A stretch of 45,110 bases of DNA, from positions 1 through 45,110 of the forward strand of contig CAJUJA010000004.1 of assembly GCA_910586635.1 (NCBI GenBank), written 5' to 3'. Shown one piece after another: positions 18,524 to 25,516 of the stretch (positions are counted from its first letter, which is position 1; each line of letters begins with the position of its first letter). Source of the DNA: an uncultured Bacilli bacterium. GTDB taxonomy: Bacteria > Bacillota_I > Bacilli_A > RF39 > UBA660. The notes under the pieces are model-generated. The model worked only from the letters and a program-made list of their open reading frames with translations, did no database searches and was not told the origin of the DNA. A program made the translations under genes and the position numbers.

Positions 18524-18600
18524 TATCATCTCACTTTCTAATGACAATTTCTCATAGAAAGAAGAGATTTAACAGTATATGCAAAGTACCATTATTTTTC
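18524..18600 (-). repeat. copy A of a bipartite intergenic element shared by the two island operons
   Basis: Plus-strand block 1 is tatcatctcactttct (18524-18539). Block 2 is tttaacagtatatgcaaagtaccattatttttc (18568-18600). Compare copy B at 20329-20386. A degenerate extra block 2 lies at 18663-18683 (agtacgtcagacataccattc). Confidence 0.6.
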
Positions 18601-18687
18601 CTTACTTTATAAGGGGTTTATATGTAAATACTCCAACTTTTGACCAAAATACTATTCAAAATAGTACGTCAGACATACCATTCTAAG

Positions 18688-18710
18688 AAAAAAAGACTAA
18701 AATTTAGTCT
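18688..18710 (-). terminator. rho-independent terminator after the endolysin gene
   Basis: Minus strand reads AGACTAA-att-TTAGTCT followed by TTTTTTT, about 41 nt after the endolysin stop. It separates the lysis cassette from the Rhs operon. Confidence 0.65.
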
Positions 18711-18751
18711 AATTTACCAGTAAATATGTTATTAATCTAAAATTTACAATG

Positions 18752-19696
18752 TCATACTTCATACAAAAAGGTACTATATATCCATACATTATAACCATTG
18801 ATTTCTAATTTAGCAGAATTTGTTTTTGTATCTATGTTTTTTACCTCATAAATATTTTTATTAATTACGTAACTTTTACCTCCAACTACTTTATCATCCT
18901 GTCCTTGTGAATTTCCATATTGATCCACCTCTGTAAAATCGTCTAATGGTATCCAGTGATAATCTTTAGCTAGTTCTCTATAATAATCATTATAACTAAC
19001 ACCAGTTAATTTTGTATTACCAAAAAGATTAGTAGATAGTGGACTTTTTAAAATATCCACTTTAAAAATACCATCAAACTTAACCTTAGAACCAACATGA
19101 AGTATTTGGTCAACTGCTTCTACCTGTTTTACTGGAGTATCTTTTACCAATATATCTTTAGTAGTTCTCCAATTACCATCATTACCCTTTATAATGTTAG
19201 TATTATCTACAAAGTAACAATCATCTAAATCATACTCATTATTAAAATGATAATTACCATATTGATTTTTGAACCAAGAAGTATCAGAACTTTGACTAAC
19301 TTCTATATGGCAATGAACTCCAGTCATATTGGAATATCCTTTCCTTCCCATATTTCCTAACCGACTTCCTTGCTCTACAACCTGTCCAACTCTAACATCC
19401 ATAGTCTCATCATGAGCAGTCATAAATGTTGCATAATCAACTCTTCCATTGGCAAATCTTACTTTTTTAGTCGATTGCCACATAACTTGTCCTGTTTTAG
19501 GGTAGGTTTTTATGCATTTACAGGTACAGGAAGCATAATAGGGATATTTGACTCCTGCTACTTTTCCTCTTACGTCATTAGCAAGTATCCCCTTATGAGA
19601 ATAAGCACCTCCTGAGCCTTGTGATATATACATATCAGTGAAAGGACATAAAAAATTTTCAATTCCCCTATTACTAGACTTTTGACCTTTTATCAT
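18752..19696 (-). CDS. M23-family peptidoglycan endopeptidase with SH3-like C-terminal cell-wall-binding half (endolysin)
   Basis: NMTGVHCHIEVSQ fits the M23 s.TG.HLH.E motif, with an upstream SHKGILANDVRG...G metal-ligand region. The C-terminal half (VGSKVKFDGIFKVDIL...; KSYVINKNIYEVKNID...WIYSTFLYEV) looks like tandem SH3-type binding modules. ATGA start/stop overlap with the holin gene. Confidence 0.65.
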   Translation of the reverse strand: MIKGQKSSNRGIENFLCPFTDMYISQGSGGAYSHKGILANDVRGKVAGVKYPYYASCTCKCIKTYPKTGQVMWQSTKKVRFANGRVDYATFMTAHDETMDVRVGQVVEQGSRLGNMGRKGYSNMTGVHCHIEVSQSSDTSWFKNQYGNYHFNNEYDLDDCYFVDNTNIIKGNDGNWRTTKDILVKDTPVKQVEAVDQILHVGSKVKFDGIFKVDILKSPLSTNLFGNTKLTGVSYNDYYRELAKDYHWIPLDDFTEVDQYGNSQGQDDKVVGGKSYVINKNIYEVKNIDTKTNSAKLEINGYNVWIYSTFLYEV

Positions 19697-19932
19697 ATTA
19701 CTTCTACCCTTTTCTTATTTATATAATTAGCAATTAATGTTTTTACTGCTGATATTGCTGCAGCTAATCCTCCAATACAAGAACTCTTAAAAATTGCTCC
19801 ATTATAATCTATTGTATTAGATAAAACTACAGAAAATCCACCTAAAAAACCTTCTACAAATGTCCAAAAAACTCGTCTTACAATATCACTTTTCATAAAA
19901 AATTTAATTTTACTTAATATTTTCTTCATCAT
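19693..19932 (-). CDS. phage-type holin
   Basis: 79 aa, two hydrophobic helices (VFWTFVEGFLGGFSVVLS; SCIGGLAAAISAVKTLIA) and a charged C-terminus (NKKRVEVI). It lies immediately upstream of the endolysin gene and overlaps it. Confidence 0.65.
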   Translation of the reverse strand: MMKKILSKIKFFMKSDIVRRVFWTFVEGFLGGFSVVLSNTIDYNGAIFKSSCIGGLAAAISAVKTLIANYINKKRVEVI

Positions 19933-19940
19933 ATCACCTT

Positions 19941-20255
19941 CTAATTTAATCTGTCTTCTAATTTATCAATCCTATCATGAGCATGTTTTGTATTCTCTTC
20001 ACATCTTGCAACACGTTCACTTATATCATCAAACTTATTATTCAAATTTTTGACTTCATTTTTAAGTTCAACATTTCCAGTAATTACCAAATCAAGCTTA
20101 GTTGAGATTGTAGTATCTCTTTTCACACGTTCTTCTATAGCCTCTTTGTTATCATTATTCATATTATTTTTGTAAGTCAAAATAGCTATTAAGGATGTGA
20201 TGATAGTACAAAAGATAGATATAATTAGTGAATAATTTATACTCATTCTTATCAC
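19941..20255 (-). CDS. membrane-anchored coiled-coil lysis accessory protein (BhlA/UviB-like topology, XhlA-like coiled coil)
   Basis: N-terminal TM segment INYSLIISIFCTIITSLIAILTY, then a heptad-rich region ending AHDRIDKLEDRLN. First gene of the lysis cassette. GTG at 20255 or ATG at 20246 (MSINYS...) could be the start. Confidence 0.45.
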   Translation of the reverse strand: MIRMSINYSLIISIFCTIITSLIAILTYKNNMNNDNKEAIEERVKRDTTISTKLDLVITGNVELKNEVKNLNNKFDDISERVARCEENTKHAHDRIDKLEDRLN

Positions 20256-20328
20256 TTCTTTCTATATATTAAAATAGATTAATAACAATCATTATTTAAA
20301 TCATGTCATATCAATATCCCTCCATTTC

Positions 20329-20386
20329 TATCATCACTTTCTCACAATAATAGTTAAGTTTACAGTACGTGCGGCGTACCTTTTTC
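20329..20386 (-). repeat. copy B of the bipartite intergenic element (upstream of the lysis cassette)
   Basis: Plus-strand block 1 is tatcatcactttct (20329-20342). Block 2 is tttacagtacgtgcggcgtacctttttc (20359-20386). Block 2 contains the GC-rich palindrome GTACG-tgcgg-CGTAC, conspicuous in AT-rich DNA. Confidence 0.6.
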
Positions 20387-20408
20387 TAAATATAATTAAT
20401 TAGACTTC

Positions 20409-20927
20409 TTAACTTAAAGGATCAAAATGATTAACCTGCAGTATCTGATTGATATCATCAATTGGAGAATCATATAAATTTCTTAATATGTAACAGTATA
20501 GGCAACTCTTCTCATTATCATAACTTTCTATATGGAATCCTGCCATTTTAAGTAAATCGAAACTAAACTCTGGTGGTAATTTCATTCCAATACATAAAGC
20601 GATTATTGTTTCTAATGAATATCCTCTTTTTCGATTCGTTTCTATTTCCTTAATAGTTTGTGAACTAATATAGGACTTTTCTTCTAACTTTTCTCTTGTC
20701 ATTCCCATACTTTCTCTTAAATATCTTAATTTTCTTCTAAAATCGTATGGTAAATCATCACATATAATAGAAACCTTATTATAATAATTTTCAAATTTTT
20801 TAGGAGATTTTTTTATTTCATAAATTGATTCAAATTTTTTTATCTTTTGTCTCTTTTTCATTCTTATATTTGCATCAAAATTACTAACTACTTTGGATAA
20901 ACTGCTTTCTCTTTCCTTTTTATTCAT
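20409..20927 (-). CDS. XRE-family HTH transcriptional regulator
   Basis: FRRKLRYLRESMGMTREKLEEKSYISSQTIKEIETNRKRGYSLETIIALCIGMKL is an HTH_3 domain. The tail LLKMAGFHIES...INQILQVNHFDPLS is typical of a common Firmicute XRE subfamily. ATG at 20927 follows a ggggtg RBS (track start is GTG at 20936). Confidence 0.7.
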   Translation of the reverse strand: MNKKERESSLSKVVSNFDANIRMKKRQKIKKFESIYEIKKSPKKFENYYNKVSIICDDLPYDFRRKLRYLRESMGMTREKLEEKSYISSQTIKEIETNRKRGYSLETIIALCIGMKLPPEFSFDLLKMAGFHIESYDNEKSCLYCYILRNLYDSPIDDINQILQVNHFDPLS

Positions 20928-21076
20928 AATATACACCCCTGTTAATTAGCTATAATAGCAAAAAAAAAGAGACATGAATATCACCATAATTATACTATAA
21001 TTGATCGAGTATGTCCTATATAAGTATAGCTTGATTAGGCATAATACCGTTTATTAACACTCATCATTTAAACATA

Positions 21077-21385
21077 CTATCTATTTAAGGATTTATTTTT
21101 ATTTTTTCTTCTTTTTCTGTTTTTGTGATTATCTTTTACAATTTTATAATGTAGTAAATCTTCTATCCTGCAATTTAAAGCAAAACACATACGAGATAGC
21201 AAATCTAAATCTACTCTATATAATTTTCCTTCAACATATTTTTGAATAACACTCCAATTAATACCTGTTAATCTACTCAATCTATAGACATTCATATGCT
21301 TCTTTTTTAAAACTTCTTCAATTGTTAAAACAATTTCTCCATAGTTCTTATATATTTTTTCATATACATATCTCTCTTTTCCCAT
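21077..21385 (-). CDS. Cro/C1-type (HTH_26-like) transcriptional regulator with a basic tail
   Basis: MNVYRLSRLTGINWSVIQKYVEGKLYRVDLDLLSRMCFALNCRIEDLL fits the Cro/C1 HTH_26 pattern. The C-terminus is KNRKRRKNKNK. Confidence 0.65.
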   Translation of the reverse strand: MGKERYVYEKIYKNYGEIVLTIEEVLKKKHMNVYRLSRLTGINWSVIQKYVEGKLYRVDLDLLSRMCFALNCRIEDLLHYKIVKDNHKNRKRRKNKNKSLNR

Positions 21386-21672
21386 AAGTGCTTCCTTTCT
21401 TCAGAAAAATATCCAAAAAATAAGATAGTACTCCTAAATAAATTGAATACTACCACAAAAATTTTTAAACTAGATATTATTTTCACTTCACGTTAACATT
21501 ATATCATAGGTCAATTTTCGAGTAAATAATTGCAAAAAAGAAAATAAACTGCCAAACTTATATTCCTACTTTAAAATAAACAAATTGAGTAATATTATTG
21601 CAATCATAAAATTAGTCAAATGGTATGATATACTTCTCTATTTCTCATTTGAGAAGATTGGTTTCCATCTAT

Positions 21673-21849
21673 TCATACTAATTCCCGACTTTGGAGTTTG
21701 ATTAGATTTTTCTTCAGTAAATACTCTCTCTTGATTTTCTTGATATTTTTTTCACCACATGCTGTAAGTTGAGATATTTCTATTCCGCAGGCTACTGTAT
21801 ACACTAATAATCTCCTTCTATATGTTTTTAAAGTATCTGTTGTACTCAT
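21673..21849 (-). CDS. possible 58-aa ORF at the island edge (below the track threshold)
   Basis: ATG at 21849 gives MSTTDTLKTYRRRLLVYTVACGIEISQLTACGEKNIKKIKREYLLKKNLIKLQSRELV, then TGA at 21673-21675. No convincing RBS and no family recognised. Confidence 0.2.
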   Translation of the reverse strand: MSTTDTLKTYRRRLLVYTVACGIEISQLTACGEKNIKKIKREYLLKKNLIKLQSRELV

Positions 21850-21964
21850 GATAGGAGTCTACCTAGTAGTATTTATATTACCATATTTATTAAAAAATGC
21901 GAGCCCTTGTGTCATATCTTAAATGTTCATAACATAGGTTTAAATTGAATAAAGGAGAAGAGAT

Positions 21965-23440
21965 ATGGAAAAACAAGAAATTATTAAAAACATTGCTGCT
22001 AGAAGTGGTGGCGATATCTATCTTGGAGTAGTAGGAGCAGTAAGAACTGGAAAAAGTACTTTTATTAAACGAATGGTAGAGACCTTAATTGTTCCGAATA
22101 TCGAAGATGAATATGAAAGAAAAAGAGCACTTGACGAAATTCCTCAAAGTGCTGCAGGAAAAACCATTATGACAACAGAACCTAAATTTGTTCCTAATAA
22201 TGCAGCTACGATTCATATCGATGAAGTCAGTTGTAATATTAGATTAATTGACTGCGTTGGATATGTTATTGATAAAGCTATTGGAGCGGAAGATGAAAAT
22301 GGTCCAAGAATGGTAAAAACTCCTTGGTATAATGAAGAAATTCCTTTTATTGAGGCAGCAGAGGTTGGAACTGAAAAGGTAATTAAAGATCACTCTACCA
22401 TTGGAATTGTTGTAACTACTGATGGATCGATTGGAGAGTTTAATCGTAATGATTATCTAGAAGCAGAAAATAGAGTAATTAGTGAACTACAAGAAATCGG
22501 AAAACCCTTTATTGTCATCTTAAACTCTGTTCATCCTACCCTTCCAGAAACTGAAAGACTTGCTGATTCCCTAAAAGAGGAATATCATGTCCCAGTCATT
22601 CCTATTAGTGTAGAAGCAATGAATGAAAAAGATATGTATAATATCCTAAAAGAGGCTTTATATGAATTCCCGGTTTTGGAAGTAAAAGTGAATATGCCCG
22701 AATGGATTGCTATTTTAAATCATGATCATCCAGTAAAAAAGGAATATATTAATTGTATTAAAGAAAGTGTCGTGGAAGTAGATAAATTAAGGGATATTGA
22801 AACGATTACTAGCCACTTTATAGATCATGAAATGATTGAAAAAAGCTATTTATCAGAGGTAGATCCATCAACTGGAATTGTTACTGTAAATTTAATGGCT
22901 CCTGCATCTTTATATAATAAAACACTAACGGAAATCATTAATGTAGATGTAAAGAATAAGGCTGATTTACTTTCTCTATTTCAAGACTTTAATATCGCCA
23001 AAAAGGAATATGATCAAATTAAGTACGCCCTAAAAATGGTAAAACAAACTGGATACGGTGTTGCTACTCCATCAATTGAAGATATGAAATTAAATACTCC
23101 TGAGATTGTAAAACAGGGCCCTAGATATGGGGTCAAATTAAAAGCTGTAGCACCATCCATTCACATGATTCGAGTAGATGTTGAATCAACCTTTGAACCA
23201 ATTATTGGTAGCGAAGTTCAGAGTAAAGAGTTAATTGATTACTTAATGAAAGATCATAAAACAGAACCTACTAGTATTTGGAAAAGTGAGATTTTTGGTA
23301 GAAGTTTAGATGCCATCGTTCAAGAAGGAATCCAATCAAAAATAAATCTAATGCCGGATAATATCAGGTATAAATTACAGCAAACTCTATCTAAAGTTGT
23401 TAATAAGGGTTCTAATAATATGATTGCTATTGTAATATAA
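21965..23440 (+). CDS. spoIVA: stage IV sporulation protein A (spore coat morphogenetic ATPase)
   Basis: The N-terminus IAARSGGDIYLGVVGAVRTGKSTFIKRMVE...PQSAAGKTIMTTEPKFVP (Walker A GxxxxGKST) and the 491-aa length are characteristic of SpoIVA. aaaggagaag RBS. Confidence 0.93.
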   Translation: MEKQEIIKNIAARSGGDIYLGVVGAVRTGKSTFIKRMVETLIVPNIEDEYERKRALDEIPQSAAGKTIMTTEPKFVPNNAATIHIDEVSCNIRLIDCVGYVIDKAIGAEDENGPRMVKTPWYNEEIPFIEAAEVGTEKVIKDHSTIGIVVTTDGSIGEFNRNDYLEAENRVISELQEIGKPFIVILNSVHPTLPETERLADSLKEEYHVPVIPISVEAMNEKDMYNILKEALYEFPVLEVKVNMPEWIAILNHDHPVKKEYINCIKESVVEVDKLRDIETITSHFIDHEMIEKSYLSEVDPSTGIVTVNLMAPASLYNKTLTEIINVDVKNKADLLSLFQDFNIAKKEYDQIKYALKMVKQTGYGVATPSIEDMKLNTPEIVKQGPRYGVKLKAVAPSIHMIRVDVESTFEPIIGSEVQSKELIDYLMKDHKTEPTSIWKSEIFGRSLDAIVQEGIQSKINLMPDNIRYKLQQTLSKVVNKGSNNMIAIVI

Positions 23441-23461
23441 GAGGGAAATCCTCTTTTTTTT
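23440..23461 (+). terminator. short hairpin terminator after spoIVA
   Basis: AGAGG-gaaat-CCTCT followed by a T-run, directly after the stop codon. Confidence 0.5.
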
Positions 23462-23921
23462 ATTTGATTGATATTCCATAGCATAGTACTTCTTTTACAC
23501 TATCCCCATAAATAATAGTCCCCATGTCTGTTAGATGATCTATGTCTTCAATATCGTTAATATCTATATAGAACTTATGATTATAATATTTCTTTTTAAG
23601 ATTATAATCTATTTGCTCATAACACTCTGTTTCTAGGAAAAATTTTTCATTTTGATAAACAACAATTCTAAAGTCTGCTCCATTACTAAACTCATTATCA
23701 TCGATTTTAATAATATCCAAAAAAGCACCTATTTTTTTATGAGGATATACTTTTATTTTATAAAAACCATTTAAGTTTAACTTATATCTTGTATCTATTT
23801 TTGAAATTAAATCTTTAATGATAGATATAAACTCTATCTTTTTTGTTAAGTCAATATCCCTAAAATAAAAATTATTAATAAATACACTAATGATATCACT
23901 ATTAATTATTTCTACTTTCAC
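23460..23921 (-). CDS. hypothetical protein
   Basis: ORF upstream of ysxC/engB. GTG at 23921 (MKVEIINSD...) follows an aggtga RBS. No family recognised. Confidence 0.45.
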   Translation of the reverse strand: MKVEIINSDIISVFINNFYFRDIDLTKKIEFISIIKDLISKIDTRYKLNLNGFYKIKVYPHKKIGAFLDIIKIDDNEFSNGADFRIVVYQNEKFFLETECYEQIDYNLKKKYYNHKFYIDINDIEDIDHLTDMGTIIYGDSVKEVLCYGISIK

Positions 23922-23954
23922 AAAAATCACCTATGATATCATATGAAAAAAGAA

Positions 23955-24557
23955 TTAAATGGTCTCTATTTCATTTAATTCTTCTAATTTTGTTAACACT
24001 TCTTTTACTCCTAATTTTGTAACACTTGAGAAAACAATTAAATCATCTCCTACTACTAAATCTAAAGTATCCATAATTGTCTTTAGACACTTATCCTTTT
24101 TACTTCCTCCCACCTTATCTGCTTTTGTTGCGATAATGGTAACAGGAACTTTATAATATTTCAAAAAGTTATACATTAATAGGTCATCTTCACTTGGTTT
24201 ATGTCTAAAATCAACTAACATAAACACCCTTTTTAATTGACTTCTTTTTTCTAAATATTCCTCTATCATCATTCCAAATTTTGCTTGCGTTTTTTTATCA
24301 ACCTGTGCATATCCATAACCTGGAACATCAATTAAATAAAAGGTATCATTTACAGAATAGAAATTAAGTGTTTGTGTCTTTCCGGGACGAGATGAAGTAT
24401 AAGCAAGGTTTTTTCTAGATAGAATGGAATTAATAAAACTACTTTTTCCAACGTTACTTCTTCCTACTAATAGAAATTCTGATTTTACACGCTCAGGATA
24501 TTGACTACGTCTTGTTGCCATCACTTCTAGTTCTGCCTTTTTAATCTCCATTTTCAT
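23955..24557 (-). CDS. engB: ribosome biogenesis GTP-binding protein YsxC/EngB
   Basis: QYPERVKSEFLLVGRSNVGKSSFINSIL...RPGKTQTLNFY...DVPGYGYA...ATKADK: G1-G4 motifs and an N-terminal region typical of YsxC/YihA. Confidence 0.9.
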   Translation of the reverse strand: MKMEIKKAELEVMATRRSQYPERVKSEFLLVGRSNVGKSSFINSILSRKNLAYTSSRPGKTQTLNFYSVNDTFYLIDVPGYGYAQVDKKTQAKFGMMIEEYLEKRSQLKRVFMLVDFRHKPSEDDLLMYNFLKYYKVPVTIIATKADKVGGSKKDKCLKTIMDTLDLVVGDDLIVFSSVTKLGVKEVLTKLEELNEIETI

Positions 24558-25512
24558 CCTCCTCTTTTATAGAATCTTTCAAATATTCTTTTACTCTCCC
24601 ATCAAGTGCTTTCATTAATTCCATAGCCACTTCAAAACTCTCTACTTTAGCACCACTTGCTAAGGCATGTCCTCCACCATGAAACTTTTCTGCGACATCA
24701 TTAATTACAGGTCCTCTAGAACGAATAGATACTCTAATAATCTCATTTTTAATATCTTCTGTAATTGTTGCCCAAACTAATATCTCTTCGATGAAATTAA
24801 AATTATTTACCATATTTCCAGCTGATGCGGAATCTACTTTATACTGATTGATGATATCATCTGTAATTTTAATATAACCAACACCATGTTCTGTTACTTC
24901 CATATGAGTAGAAATATACCCCTCTAATCTTACTTCTTTTAATGGTCTTTTATATATTGTGTTATAAATTCCACTTAATTTAAAGGAATAATTTTCTAAA
25001 TAATAAGAAACTAGTGAAAAGGTTCTTGGACTACAGCTATCAAATAAAAATCGATTTGAGTCTGCTACTAGTCCCATAAATAAAGTTCTTGCTATCTTCT
25101 CATTGCAATCTAATTTGGTGTTTTTTATCAAATCCATAATAATTTCACAAGCAGAGGATGCTGTATCTTGTATACATTCTATATCACAAAATTTTTCAAT
25201 AAAAGGGTGGTGATCTATTTTTATCATAGAGCTAAATCCGTCAAAGGATGCTATATCTACACGCCTCTTATCTGGTGTATCTGTAACAATTAACAAAGCA
25301 TTTTGTATATTTTCAAGTTTATCCAGATTACCGATATACTTAAATTTCGCACTGCCTGTTCCAACTGCTAATACACGCTTTTCTGGAAAAGATAACTGGA
25401 TAGAATCTCTTAAGGCAATTTGACTTGCCATAGCATCAGGATCTACCCCTACATGTCGTGCAATTACTATAGTATCAAATTTTTTAATTTCTTTATATAT
25501 TAATTTATACAT
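24541..25512 (-). CDS. nrnA: DHH/DHHA1 family phosphoesterase (NrnA-like oligoribonuclease/pAp phosphatase)
   Basis: IARHVGVDPDAMASQIAL, IKIDHHP and C-terminal GGGHALASGA (DHHA1 GGGH motif). Confidence 0.8.
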   Translation of the reverse strand: MYKLIYKEIKKFDTIVIARHVGVDPDAMASQIALRDSIQLSFPEKRVLAVGTGSAKFKYIGNLDKLENIQNALLIVTDTPDKRRVDIASFDGFSSMIKIDHHPFIEKFCDIECIQDTASSACEIIMDLIKNTKLDCNEKIARTLFMGLVADSNRFLFDSCSPRTFSLVSYYLENYSFKLSGIYNTIYKRPLKEVRLEGYISTHMEVTEHGVGYIKITDDIINQYKVDSASAGNMVNNFNFIEEILVWATITEDIKNEIIRVSIRSRGPVINDVAEKFHGGGHALASGAKVESFEVAMELMKALDGRVKEYLKDSIKEEDENGD

Positions 25513-25516
25513 ATTT

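Larger units (their letters stand above)
10320..21960. other. accessory island (prophage-remnant-like) carrying a lysis cassette and an Rhs toxin/immunity operon
   Basis: The block sits between the sporulation genes spoVIF-like and spoIVA. It contains only HTH regulators, lysis genes, a tail-collar protein, an Rhs toxin and a small downstream gene. No integrase, terminase, capsid or tail-tube genes. It looks even more AT/Asn/Ile-rich than the flanks. Confidence 0.6.

Noticed and set aside
20366-20386. GC-rich hairpin GTACG-tgcgg-CGTAC plus T-run read as a plus-strand terminator
   Set aside because: No plus-strand gene reads into it. On the coding (minus) strand it is not followed by a T-run. 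It is treated instead as part of the repeated regulatory element.
20409-20927. 175-aa protein as a TcdR/UviA-like group 5 sigma factor controlling toxin and holin genes
   Set aside because: The size is similar, but the sequence shows a single canonical XRE HTH_3 domain (LRYLRESMGMTREKLEEKSYISSQTIKEIETN) and no sigma region 2/4 features.
10320-21960. Interpretation as an intact, inducible prophage
   Set aside because: No integrase/recombinase, terminase, portal, capsid, tail tube/sheath or tape-measure genes. Only a lysis cassette, one tail-collar gene and HTH regulators remain, and more than half of the island is the Rhs gene.
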